From IMG/VR virus record IMGVR_UViG_2579779084_000014: a DNA stretch of 36,749 nt. One strand, given 5' to 3'. The notes under the pieces are model-generated. The model was given only the letters and a program-made list of their open reading frames with translations, did not search any database and was not told where the DNA came from. The translations under genes and the position numbers were made by a program. This stretch comes from a virus (lineage: Duplodnaviria; Heunggongvirae; Uroviricota; Caudoviricetes). The first letter of the stretch is position 1, and every line of letters begins with the position of its first letter. This document shows, piece after piece, positions 1 to 8,619 of this stretch.

Positions 1-1698
1 TCAGGCGATAAGGTCACCGTATTTTTCGCGCAGGCTCGTAGCCTGTTGGGCGTCTGCGGCAAGTTCGCTGCTGTTTGTTGGTGCGCCGGTGTTGCTGTGG
101 GTGTGGTTTGCAGTGTGTGTGGCCAGCAACTGAACCAGATCCAGAATATCAATCAACAACGTCAGCAGATTAAGTCCGGATTTTTCCCGTGAGTCACCGC
201 GACCAATAAATACTGTCGGGGCTGTAAACTCCAGGCCACCGTCCGCTCGGCATGTTCTGCGGCCTCCCACGTTTTCAGTAAGGTCGTGTTCAATCGTGGA
301 TGTAGCCCCTTTGAGTTTAGTCAGCAAATCCTGCGCTACCATCTGGATATGCTCACTGGCTGCGATCGCGTAATGGCCGGTAGTAAGGTGCTCTATTTGT
401 CCTGCCATTAGCTTGCTGGTTCCCAGAACGCTGGTTATATCGTTTGCCTGTACTGTGGTTGTTCTGGTTGTTGTTGTGCGTTCCTCCTGATCGCTGTTAA
501 TGGTTCGCCGGGCTGAATGTTCTCTGATTTGCTGGTCGGTTTCTCTGTGCCAGCTTCCGTCAGCCGTGACGCGCTGAAACACTTCTGCGCGCTGTTGCTG
601 CAGCTGTTCGCCGGGCTTTACATCAGGCAGGTTATGGCCAGCGGGTAAGATTTGCCTGATAACGGGTTTGTCCGGACGTCCTTCAATGTTGGATATTTCC
701 ACGATGGTGCCTGCCGGTGGGTAGGCAAAACATCCCGCCTCACTGCCAGCCATGGGGACGGGGAGCGGTACTGCCGGGTAAACGGGCGTGTCGCTTTTAT
801 CGTTGCCGTTCTCATCAAGCAACTGCACATCGACGGCGTAGCGTGGGCGGAAACTGTCGGCCACATCGCCCAGGGTGGTGGGCTCCGTTGGCGCAATGAC
901 GCGCGCCAGCCGGGTATGTAGCGTACCGCTGGCCAGTTCCGGGAACTGTGTTTCCATTTGTCTGCGTAATGGTGATTTGGAAACAGGGTTACCCGTGGCG
1001 GTAAGGCGCTCCCATGTCAGGGTCATTTTCTCGTTGTTGAGGGCTACACGGGTAATGCGCCCGGCCGGTAGGTTCACGCCCGGTCGCACAGTTTCCATAA
1101 ACATGATGTCGATGCTGTTTCCGCCGCTTTGCCCGAGTGTGTACTGTTGCGGAATATCCGGCATTGTAATACTGGCAAATCGTGAATCAGCTGCGCTTCC
1201 CACAAATACAGAACCGTCCGGCATAGGGTGCCAGACGTAATCGCTGATACTGAATGCTCGCCCCAGTTGGCTGAGCAGTTGTGCTCCGCTGCCGCTGTGG
1301 GTGATGTAGGGAGTTGGTATACTGGCATAATCCGCATCCGGAGTGATAAAAACGATACCGCTTTGTCGCCCCAGATTATCGAGTACCCCCCGCAACGTCG
1401 GGTGTTGCATGGAGCAAGGGAAATCAAAATCCAGCACAGCAGCCGCTTCACGAATAAAAAGGCGACGTGAGCCATTTTCAGCAGGTTGATCGCGCTCAAT
1501 GTAGCCGGAGAAATAGCGCCATGCTTCACCGTCACGGCCGAGATCAATTTGTACCATTGCGCCGGCAAGGCTGTGTTCGGGTGACAGATTGTTAACAGAA
1601 ATGAAGCCACGACCGGCAGCATTCAGGGTAAGAACAAGGTTTATATCGGCAATTTCCACCCGTTCGCCATTAATCATACAGCGTTGTATTAATTTCAT
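1..1698 (-). CDS. hypothetical large protein, C-terminally truncated by the window edge (at least 565 aa)
   Basis: Long uninterrupted ORF coupled to the upstream 191-aa ORF; Thr-rich stretch TTTTRTTTV and His-rich ATHTANHTHSNTGAPT near the window edge; no family recognised. Confidence 0.55.
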   Translation of the reverse strand: MKLIQRCMINGERVEIADINLVLTLNAAGRGFISVNNLSPEHSLAGAMVQIDLGRDGEAWRYFSGYIERDQPAENGSRRLFIREAAAVLDFDFPCSMQHPTLRGVLDNLGRQSGIVFITPDADYASIPTPYITHSGSGAQLLSQLGRAFSISDYVWHPMPDGSVFVGSAADSRFASITMPDIPQQYTLGQSGGNSIDIMFMETVRPGVNLPAGRITRVALNNEKMTLTWERLTATGNPVSKSPLRRQMETQFPELASGTLHTRLARVIAPTEPTTLGDVADSFRPRYAVDVQLLDENGNDKSDTPVYPAVPLPVPMAGSEAGCFAYPPAGTIVEISNIEGRPDKPVIRQILPAGHNLPDVKPGEQLQQQRAEVFQRVTADGSWHRETDQQIREHSARRTINSDQEERTTTTRTTTVQANDITSVLGTSKLMAGQIEHLTTGHYAIAASEHIQMVAQDLLTKLKGATSTIEHDLTENVGGRRTCRADGGLEFTAPTVFIGRGDSREKSGLNLLTLLIDILDLVQLLATHTANHTHSNTGAPTNSSELAADAQQATSLREKYGDLIA

Positions 1699-2270
1699 GT
1701 TTTCCCTTCCTTTTTCACGCTCCCGATGCCAATCCAGTCCAGCCCGGAGCCAATACCATCATTGATATTTTTCCAGAAAGTTTCCTGGGTATTCATTCCT
1801 TTATCCGGCGTCAGCTCACTGCCGTTCTGTGTCTGCTGCTTTGCGATTGTTTTCTGTGAGCCACTGCGTGCCGATGCTTTTTCCGGCACGCTTAATTTTT
1901 CCCTGAGAGTAAAGGTGACCTGCCAGTGCATTTTCCCCTGTTGTTCCGTGGCATCAATGCCACCAGAAAATACCCCCTGTCGCATATTGATTGCCTTCGC
2001 GGTAGCGTTGGCAATGCGATACGTTTTTTTAGCTCCGTTACTTTCTGTTGCCTCCGCAAGCTGAAAAATACGGGTCAGAATAGCTTCATCGTTAAAGTCA
2101 ATAACCCCCGACACGCGCAGCTCTTTAGCCTTGTTTCCCTGCTGAGCGCTCGTGGTGCTGGTTGACTGTCCGGACATATCTTTATCCGGTAGTTGCATGG
2201 TGGCGCTGACGGTGATGTTGCGCAGCAGAATGGCTTCCCCGTCAAGTGCAAGGACAATCATCTGGGTCAT
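1695..2270 (-). CDS. hypothetical protein (191 aa)
   Basis: Co-directional ORF; overlaps the next ORF by 4 nt (ATGA-type coupling). Confidence 0.5.
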   Translation of the reverse strand: MTQMIVLALDGEAILLRNITVSATMQLPDKDMSGQSTSTTSAQQGNKAKELRVSGVIDFNDEAILTRIFQLAEATESNGAKKTYRIANATAKAINMRQGVFSGGIDATEQQGKMHWQVTFTLREKLSVPEKASARSGSQKTIAKQQTQNGSELTPDKGMNTQETFWKNINDGIGSGLDWIGIGSVKKEGKT

Positions 2271-2991
2271 GTAGTGCTTCCCTTAGTGATGAGAGATCAT
2301 CGCCGACGAACAGCATCACAGCTGTAAAAACCCACTCGGGGTGTGGGATGTTTTTTTGTATCAGCGCTGCGGCCTGGCTAAGGACTCCCTTGTAGCAAAA
2401 GCGCCACACCGGGCAAAATTTTTGCCGGAGTGCGGCCTGCTGATCAGCGATTTCCTGTAGAGCTTTATCTCTCGCATTCGCGAACTGACGCAGCTCTGAT
2501 GACAATGTTTCCGGTGATGTGGCAGCAGGAGTAGCTGCCTGTGCAATGGTTGCAGCCAGCGACATGCTGCGAGTGGTCTGTGTCGACAGCATTATCGGTT
2601 CCGGAAGTGATGTTACCGGTCTGGCGGGGATTTGCATTCTGCTGATGGTCAGCGAAAGTTGGCTGGAGATCATACGGGACATTCTCCCTATTTCTGGCAA
2701 CGGAAATGCACCTGAAAATTGTCTGGCAAGCGATAAAAACTCAGCAACAGACGGGGCGCAGAATAACATCGCCACGACGTCTTTTTGTGTATTTTCTGTC
2801 AGATACGGTAAAAGTGCAGACACTGCATTATCCGGACTGAGGTAGCGTCCCGATGGTGTGGTATTCCCTGTATTTACTGACCATGGGTGGAAACAAATCA
2901 TTGAACTGGTGATGTTTATGGGGTGCGGGTGCAGAATTGAGACCGCCCAGTCAGGGCGGTTATTTTTATTGTCTTTCAAATGAATATTCAT
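2242..2991 (-). CDS. hypothetical protein (249 aa; start uncertain)
   Basis: Co-directional ORF with a helical-looking C-terminal half; a GC-rich hairpin lies inside the first 20 codons, so the true start may be an internal Met. Confidence 0.4.
   Translation of the reverse strand: MNIHLKDNKNNRPDWAVSILHPHPINITSSMICFHPWSVNTGNTTPSGRYLSPDNAVSALLPYLTENTQKDVVAMLFCAPSVAEFLSLARQFSGAFPLPEIGRMSRMISSQLSLTISRMQIPARPVTSLPEPIMLSTQTTRSMSLAATIAQAATPAATSPETLSSELRQFANARDKALQEIADQQAALRQKFCPVWRFCYKGVLSQAAALIQKNIPHPEWVFTAVMLFVGDDLSSLREALHDPDDCPCT
2942..2970 (+). terminator. terminator-like hairpin ACCGCCC-AGTCA-GGGCGGT followed by TATTTTTATT (plus-strand orientation)
   Basis: 7-bp GC stem plus T-rich tail; lies inside the 5' end of the annotated 249-aa minus-strand ORF. 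Confidence 0.3.
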
Positions 2992-3023
2992 AGGTGTGTG
3001 AGATATTGCTGGTACTTGCGCGG

Positions 3024-4127
3024 TTACTGTCGGGAGGTTGTGGGTTGGTTATATAACTCCGTTGCAAAAATTATCTCTCCTTCAGTAAATGGGATATCTC
3101 CGTCAGGCTGTGTCGTAAAACTCTGTGAGACAGTCGTCCAGCTGTTTGTGTCAGCCTGCACGTCATTCTCTGTAACTGTTTCTCCTTCATGGCTTCCGCT
3201 TTTTACACTCCAGGCCAGGCAGTTATTGGGGGCGTCCGCACTGCGATAAGTGACAGCCGCCATAACTGCGACCAGATCGCCATTGCTGTTATCTACCGCA
3301 CCAAACGTAACCTGTGCCGCCTCCGGGGACGGTGAGAGCATCAGGTATCCGGCATTACTGTCAGAGGTGTTCAGTCCCGTGACGATATCTTTATCCAGCG
3401 AGTTTTTCGCACTCCCCCCGGTAAATGCGGTTACCGGGCTGTATCTGACCTCAATAGCCCCAAGCAGGGCGGGTTCCGCGCTGTTATTTTTTCCGTATGC
3501 CACTGTTCCACAGTACATATCACCCAGCATTAACGTGCCGGATGCACCTGATGAAAAAATATTGTCACCACTACCAATACTCACCTGAATTTTGTCAGTC
3601 CGGTCATCTGATACATAAAACGATGTATTTCCAGCTAATGAGCGGTTGCAGTACAGACTGGCTGAGACATAGCCGTTTTCGTTTCGCGTTGCGAAAATTT
3701 CATAGTAATAACTGGCTGCTTCATCAGGATACGGGGTTGTAAATGAATAGCCATTAATCCTGATGTGGGATGGCGAAGATGAATATTTCTTTCCCGCACT
3801 TAATGTCAGACGAAATCCCAGCTGTACAGCTGAGGCTTTTAAGTCCGGAAGTGTGCTGTACAGTGTGACATATGAGGGTGTCGTGAAAATCAGCCCCGTT
3901 CTTTCTACAGTATTTACGGCCTGAGTGCCACGACAGACGGATGTTACAGAACCGGACATATCATTGATAAGCGTGACACCGTTTTCGTTCAGTGCTGAAA
4001 TAATATTTGTTGAATAATAGTTCTCGCACAATCCCTCATTCGCCGGAATTTGTCGAAAACTTTCGAGTTTTATAATATTCAAGGTCTGCTTTCCTTTTGT
4101 GTCGGTTAATATATTTCTGAATACCAC
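3024..4127 (-). CDS. hypothetical Ser/Thr/Gly/Asn-rich protein (possible receptor-binding or tail-associated protein)
   Basis: 367-aa ORF 12 nt downstream of the Tfa-like gene; beta-rich S/T/G/N/Y composition; visibly AT-richer than the phage core. Confidence 0.5.
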   Translation of the reverse strand: MVFRNILTDTKGKQTLNIIKLESFRQIPANEGLCENYYSTNIISALNENGVTLINDMSGSVTSVCRGTQAVNTVERTGLIFTTPSYVTLYSTLPDLKASAVQLGFRLTLSAGKKYSSSPSHIRINGYSFTTPYPDEAASYYYEIFATRNENGYVSASLYCNRSLAGNTSFYVSDDRTDKIQVSIGSGDNIFSSGASGTLMLGDMYCGTVAYGKNNSAEPALLGAIEVRYSPVTAFTGGSAKNSLDKDIVTGLNTSDSNAGYLMLSPSPEAAQVTFGAVDNSNGDLVAVMAAVTYRSADAPNNCLAWSVKSGSHEGETVTENDVQADTNSWTTVSQSFTTQPDGDIPFTEGEIIFATELYNQPTTSRQ

Positions 4128-4138
4128 AAAAAGTTAGC

Positions 4139-4657
4139 TCATGGTTTTTGTGGCCATTGAATAAAATCAAAAGACTCCTTATCACTCACATGACTTAAAT
4201 TCAGAGCCTTCACCTCTTTGATATACGCCATCCACTGCATCAGGTGGGCCTTGTCGTCATCACTGATGGTGCCCAGCTCCAGCTCGGTTTTCCAGTCAGA
4301 TGTGATGTCCTTTGCTTCAGTCAGCAGATGCTGGCGTTGTTTTTCTGCCAGTTGCGAATAATCAACAGGAACCGGCAGCACTTCGCCGTCTTTGTAATAC
4401 CAACTGGCTTCAATGCCAAAACCTTCCGGCAGTTCATCAACTTCCACAATGGTGAAACCTGTCGGATAAAGACGGGACACGTCTTCCGCCATTGAATAAA
4501 TCACGCCACTTTCAGGGTGAATGCACAATTTGTATCTCTTCGTGAATTTGTCCATGGATTCATAAAAATCCTGTCCGTCTTCACTGCGGAAATACTGAAT
4601 GCCTTCACCATAAGGCATCTCTTTCGGGTAATAACGCGTGACGTTTCTGAGTTCCAT
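4139..4657 (-). CDS. tail fibre assembly protein (Tfa/U-like chaperone)
   Basis: Start at internal ATG with AAGGAG SD (MELRNVTRYYP...); directly follows the tail fibre gene; visibly AT-richer. Confidence 0.65.
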   Translation of the reverse strand: MELRNVTRYYPKEMPYGEGIQYFRSEDGQDFYESMDKFTKRYKLCIHPESGVIYSMAEDVSRLYPTGFTIVEVDELPEGFGIEASWYYKDGEVLPVPVDYSQLAEKQRQHLLTEAKDITSDWKTELELGTISDDDKAHLMQWMAYIKEVKALNLSHVSDKESFDFIQWPQKP

Positions 4658-4671
4658 TATTTTCTCCTTAA

Positions 4672-5475
4672 TTAGCCGGATACCGTGCGCCATCCGCCAT
4701 TGATATAAATCTGAGTTTGTTTGTAATACACGCCGCCGATGTTATCCGCAGAGCTCTTGCCAGTTTCCTGAACGTTAATACCTGACAAAATACAACCTGA
4801 AGGCGCGCGAAATACCCAGGAAATTTCGTTACCACCGGGATTGTGAAACACTTCGCTGGTATACCTGAAATCACGTACTGCACCAGAATCGGTGCTGCTG
4901 ATAGTGATATCGCTACTGCCATCAAACAGCACATTGTTAATCCTGCGGGCCGTCTGAAGCCGGGTTGCCGTTCCGGCGTTGCCGCTGATGTTGTTGATGG
5001 TGATATCCGAAGTCAGGGGCATGTTGTTGACCTTACGCGCTTTTGGCACACCGCTGATGTTATCCAGAAACAATTGTTTATTCGGGATGTCTGCGCCGTT
5101 ACGGTCTTTTGCCAGTCTGGCGTTTGCGTTATCCATCGCAATCCTGACCGCTTTTGGTGTAGCCGCTTCTGTTTCTGATTCACTGTTAACAGCACTGTTA
5201 AGCCGCACTACGCCTTTTTGCGTCAGCGATGCATCCGGGACTTTCTGGCCAATAAACGAGGTCAGCGCCTCAACCAGCTGGTTTTGTTTTTCCGGGTCAG
5301 GGGTGACGCCAGCCTCTTTAAGGACGTTAATCACCTCCTGCTGCAAATCACGTGTTGCTGCCTGATGATTATTCATAAATTCAGCAGTAACGATGGTTCC
5401 CTCAATTCCCTGAGTCGGGTCACCATCATGAAATAACTTATCCGGCGTATTCACCGGGGGCATTAAACTCTGCAT
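4672..5475 (-). CDS. tail fibre protein (short; conserved N-terminal attachment domain)
   Basis: 267 aa; N-terminal MPPVNTPDKLFHDGDPTQG and the SLTQKGVVRLNSAVNSESETEAATPKAV segment resemble the conserved tail-fibre collar motif of P2 H-type fibres; C-terminus ...YINGGWRTV. Confidence 0.75.
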   Translation of the reverse strand: MQSLMPPVNTPDKLFHDGDPTQGIEGTIVTAEFMNNHQAATRDLQQEVINVLKEAGVTPDPEKQNQLVEALTSFIGQKVPDASLTQKGVVRLNSAVNSESETEAATPKAVRIAMDNANARLAKDRNGADIPNKQLFLDNISGVPKARKVNNMPLTSDITINNISGNAGTATRLQTARRINNVLFDGSSDITISSTDSGAVRDFRYTSEVFHNPGGNEISWVFRAPSGCILSGINVQETGKSSADNIGGVYYKQTQIYINGGWRTVSG

Positions 5476-5521
5476 TATTTCTCCTGTAGTTATTACAAAT
5501 AAACAACATCAGACCTTTTGT

Positions 5522-6478
5522 TTAAGGCTCTGTGATAACGGCAAAGTGCAGCCCATTATGGTTAACTACTAATGGGGTACTGCTGTTATTTGCTGTTTGT
5601 AAATGTATTTTGTTAATTGTCATCGGCTCCGTGGTCTGCCTTCCCGACTGCCACTGAACGGTATTAACTGTCAGTGGTTCAATAGTTCGCCGCTCCGACA
5701 ATAGTTGCATTCTGTTAATCAGCAATGGTTCCTGACTCAGGTTTCCCGCCTGAAGCTGCGTATTGTTGATTGTGAGCGGTTTACCTTTCAGTACAGGAAT
5801 AACTGCAAAATGCATTCCGGCATTATTTATCAGCAGAGGCGCATCAGCATGACATACTGACTGAAACTGAATTCTGTTAATTGTCAGTGGTGATACTGGC
5901 TCTGGCTGAGATGTGATTTCATAAGTGAAATAACAGTCTGTAAAAGCCGGTTTAAGGTCTTTAAACGTGTTTTCTAAAATGGATTCACCAAAGGCCGTCA
6001 GCGGTTCGCCGGTTGCCGATGCGCCCGTTCTGAACCGGTAGACAGGTGTTTTTGTCCCGATAACATTGACCTGCCACGCCCAGCGGATTTCTGGTATCAG
6101 CAGGCGGTCGCCGCAGCGGTTTATCCCCACCCGGAATGGTCGCGGCTCCGTAATGGTGATGGTGTAGCCCAGACTGGCGGCAAGGCTTTTGAAGTAAGGG
6201 ATTGACAGCCCCCCCATGGCAGCCATTTTTACCAGAATGTTCTGACGCCGCTCCTGTTGTGTTGCCCCTTCACGAGGAATAACACCGTACACGCGCTCCC
6301 AGTCGGACAGCGTCATCGATGCCTGCAACGGGGTGATTTGTGTCAGAACGCGCGCCGCTGACGCCTTCACGACTTCCATGACGTCAGCCTCGGCTGTCAG
6401 TTCTGCGGAAATATATTTCCCGTTCAGGTCATAACTGACAGGTGGCAGCATGGCGCGAAATAAATCGACCATATTCAT
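5522..6478 (-). CDS. Mu gp48-like tail/baseplate protein with C-terminal peptide-repeat extension
   Basis: Start at internal ATG (MNMVDLF); gp48-like N-terminal part; the C-terminal ~130 aa carries about 7 degenerate repeats (EPLTINRIQFQS, PLLINNAGMHFAVI, PLTINNTQLQ, PLLINRMQLL, PLTVNTVQWQS, PMTINKIHLQ, PLVVNHNGLHFAVI). Confidence 0.65.
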   Translation of the reverse strand: MNMVDLFRAMLPPVSYDLNGKYISAELTAEADVMEVVKASAARVLTQITPLQASMTLSDWERVYGVIPREGATQQERRQNILVKMAAMGGLSIPYFKSLAASLGYTITITEPRPFRVGINRCGDRLLIPEIRWAWQVNVIGTKTPVYRFRTGASATGEPLTAFGESILENTFKDLKPAFTDCYFTYEITSQPEPVSPLTINRIQFQSVCHADAPLLINNAGMHFAVIPVLKGKPLTINNTQLQAGNLSQEPLLINRMQLLSERRTIEPLTVNTVQWQSGRQTTEPMTINKIHLQTANNSSTPLVVNHNGLHFAVITEP

Positions 6479-6482
6479 AAAA

Positions 6483-7562
6483 TCACCCCTCGCGCGGAAA
6501 AGGCTGAATATCAATATTTCCCGGGCGCAACCATTCCCACGTTGACGCGTTAATAATGGCTTTTACGTTGTCCGCTGGCGTAATGATTCGCCGGTCACTG
6601 ACACCGGAAATTAATGAAATCTGGGTTTCCAGTTGTGAAATTATTAATTCCTGCCCCGGCTCCAGCCGGTTCATAAAATCCGTGATAACGTCAGTTATTT
6701 GCGGTTTTATCTGCTCAACGGTCAGGCCGCTGGTTTTTACCCGGACAACGAAATCAACGGCTTTTTTCGTCGGGGCCAGCACCATCGTGTCCTTCGCTGT
6801 GACCGGGCGGACTTCCTCAATATGTGCCAGCACGGCATTAATCAGTTCCTGTGAGGGAAGGTCATTGGCTGACGTAATGGCCACATCAACCGTTCCCAGC
6901 CCACGACGCAATGACTCCACATATGCCGAGGTAACGCCATCCACTTCCAGCGCCCAGCGTTTGTAATCATATTTGTTACCGCCAGCGGGCGGCCTGCGCA
7001 GAATATCCAGATAACGCGCCAGCAGGTCGGCGTCACTTTCCCTGTCCGTTCCGCCGGTCAGGGATTTAATCGTCACCGTGCTGTTGATGCCTTCCGGCGG
7101 ACTGACCAGCGTTGCCGTCTGCGTTGTGGATGCGTTCGTATGTGCGCCCGTGGTGGTGCTTTTTGCCGTCACCTCCGCGCTGCCTTCATCACCGATGGTG
7201 CAGTCTGCGGTGGTGGCCACGCTGACACCTTCACCACGAATTTCCGCACCGGCTGGCAGCATCTTACCGGGTGTACCGGTAATCACTGCCGGGCCGGATG
7301 AGGCCGTTGCTTTTTTACGAAAAACATTGCGCGCGCGGCAGTGCAGCTCCAGATATTCAGGGTCTGCCGTGTCAGGAAACACCTGACGGAGTATCCACCC
7401 CTGATGCATATAAAGCCCGTCAGCCACGCCAGATACGGCATTTGCACGAATGCGGTAATCGCTGTCAGCGCCGGTGTCGATGGTTTCTCCCGGCAGGGCG
7501 TTAGCGATATCACGTAGCTGGCGTTCTGTGTTTTCAGCAACGCCCGGAACTGGAAACGGCAT
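6483..7562 (-). CDS. baseplate J-like protein (Mu gp47-like)
   Basis: 359 aa; baseplate J-like. Confidence 0.75.
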   Translation of the reverse strand: MPFPVPGVAENTERQLRDIANALPGETIDTGADSDYRIRANAVSGVADGLYMHQGWILRQVFPDTADPEYLELHCRARNVFRKKATASSGPAVITGTPGKMLPAGAEIRGEGVSVATTADCTIGDEGSAEVTAKSTTTGAHTNASTTQTATLVSPPEGINSTVTIKSLTGGTDRESDADLLARYLDILRRPPAGGNKYDYKRWALEVDGVTSAYVESLRRGLGTVDVAITSANDLPSQELINAVLAHIEEVRPVTAKDTMVLAPTKKAVDFVVRVKTSGLTVEQIKPQITDVITDFMNRLEPGQELIISQLETQISLISGVSDRRIITPADNVKAIINASTWEWLRPGNIDIQPFPREG

Positions 7563-7912
7563 TACATAATCCTCACAGGGTGTTCAAACGTCTGCGGTGT
7601 GCCCGCGTTATCCGTGACGGTGATTAACAGCAACAACCAGCCGCGCTGGCCCGCTTTCGTGTCAACGGTAATGGATTTTGCCCGCCCGTCATCAAGCAGG
7701 GGCTGAAGCGCCTGACTGGCATACTGCGCCGCCAGCCTGTGAACACGGGAAACGTCTTTTTCCCGCTTCAGTTCGTGCAGGCGTGACCCCAGCGACGCAT
7801 CCGCCCAGTAACTGCCAAGCGGCGTCGCCAGTCGCAGATAAACCGCGTTATGAAGTGTATAAATCCGGCGGCGTTCGTAGTCGCCGGTTGCAGGTGAAAT
7901 CGTCTGGTCCAT
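7562..7912 (-). CDS. baseplate protein (Mu gp46-like, gpW/gp25-like)
   Basis: 116 aa; position and size. Confidence 0.65.
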   Translation of the reverse strand: MDQTISPATGDYERRRIYTLHNAVYLRLATPLGSYWADASLGSRLHELKREKDVSRVHRLAAQYASQALQPLLDDGRAKSITVDTKAGQRGWLLLLITVTDNAGTPQTFEHPVRIM

Positions 7913-7952
7913 GCCGCCAGTCTGGCAGCATGGACAGGTCAGAATCAGGTGA

Positions 7953-7965
7953 GGGTGTTCAGCAC
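7953..7965. promoter_or_regulatory. dyad motif GTGCTGAACACCC (gene-strand sense), copy 1 of 3; upstream of the gp46-48/tail-fibre block
   Basis: In the 54-nt intergenic gap between the gp45-like stop and the gp46-like ATG. Confidence 0.35.
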
Positions 7966-8619
7966 TTAATTAACCGGCGTGTCAGACATGCCGTGTGGGG
8001 TCGGGTGTTTGTGCGTTCCGATTTTAATGCCATTAATGGTGACGTCAACGGAGGTAATCACACCACCCACATGGTTGATGTTGCCTTCAAAGGTGGCGGC
8101 ATATTTCTTGCCCCCACTGATGGCCATGCCACCACTGCCGGTGATTTTACCTTCCACTGTCAGCTTATCGCTGGCCGTCAGTAACGGTGTCGTGAATGCG
8201 GCGTTCTCCTCTGCCTCAACCTCATAGCGTTTGCATTTCACCCGGTAAACGTCACATTCGGTTTCAACAATCCGCCCGCGCTTCAGTACGATTTTCGCGC
8301 CTTCATCGGTATACAGGGCCACCTCGCCGGGTTTCAGTTCCGTCAGGCGATATGCGCCGTGCTCTGTGGCCACGATGACGGTATGGGAGGTATTACCGTT
8401 CAGCGGAACGGCAATACCCATAGAGCCGGGCGGCGGGGATGTGGTGAGGCCGTAATGCTGAAAATACTCCGCACCGTCCAGCTGCTCGCCTGCCAGCCCG
8501 TTCAGCTGGAGAAGCTGTACTTTGGTCGAACTGTCCACCGTACCGGTCACCACCCTGAATGCCTGGCGAACGGTGGCCAGTGCCTGCTGTATGCGCTGAT
8601 TAACCTTGTCCCACATCAT
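7966..8619 (-). CDS. baseplate spike/assembly protein (Mu gp45-like, gpV-like)
   Basis: 217 aa; gpV-like OB-fold plus beta-rich C-terminus pattern. Confidence 0.7.
   Translation of the reverse strand: MMWDKVNQRIQQALATVRQAFRVVTGTVDSSTKVQLLQLNGLAGEQLDGAEYFQHYGLTTSPPPGSMGIAVPLNGNTSHTVIVATEHGAYRLTELKPGEVALYTDEGAKIVLKRGRIVETECDVYRVKCKRYEVEAEENAAFTTPLLTASDKLTVEGKITGSGGMAISGGKKYAATFEGNINHVGGVITSVDVTINGIKIGTHKHPTPHGMSDTPVN

Noticed and set aside
1074-1622. 182-aa minus-strand ORF nested in another frame
   Set aside because: Lies wholly inside the long 565-aa ORF in an alternative frame; no start context; treated as a frame artefact.
2980-3249. Prophage right end (Mu attR-like terminal sequence) near 3000 or 4130
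   Set aside because: Could not find Mu-type terminal repeats or transposase-binding-site-like sequence by eye, and genes continue co-directionally across both positions; the end location remains unresolved.
3024-5475. Possible invertible G-segment with invertase (as in Mu)
   Set aside because: No inverted second fibre/chaperone pair on the opposite strand and no serine-recombinase-like ORF nearby; all ORFs are co-directional.
1-6514. Diversity-generating retroelement targeting the tail fibre or repeat-bearing gp48-like protein
   Set aside because: No reverse-transcriptase-like ORF (no YxDD-containing candidate) and no obvious template/variable nucleotide repeat pair seen by eye; the gp48 repeats are peptide-level and degenerate.
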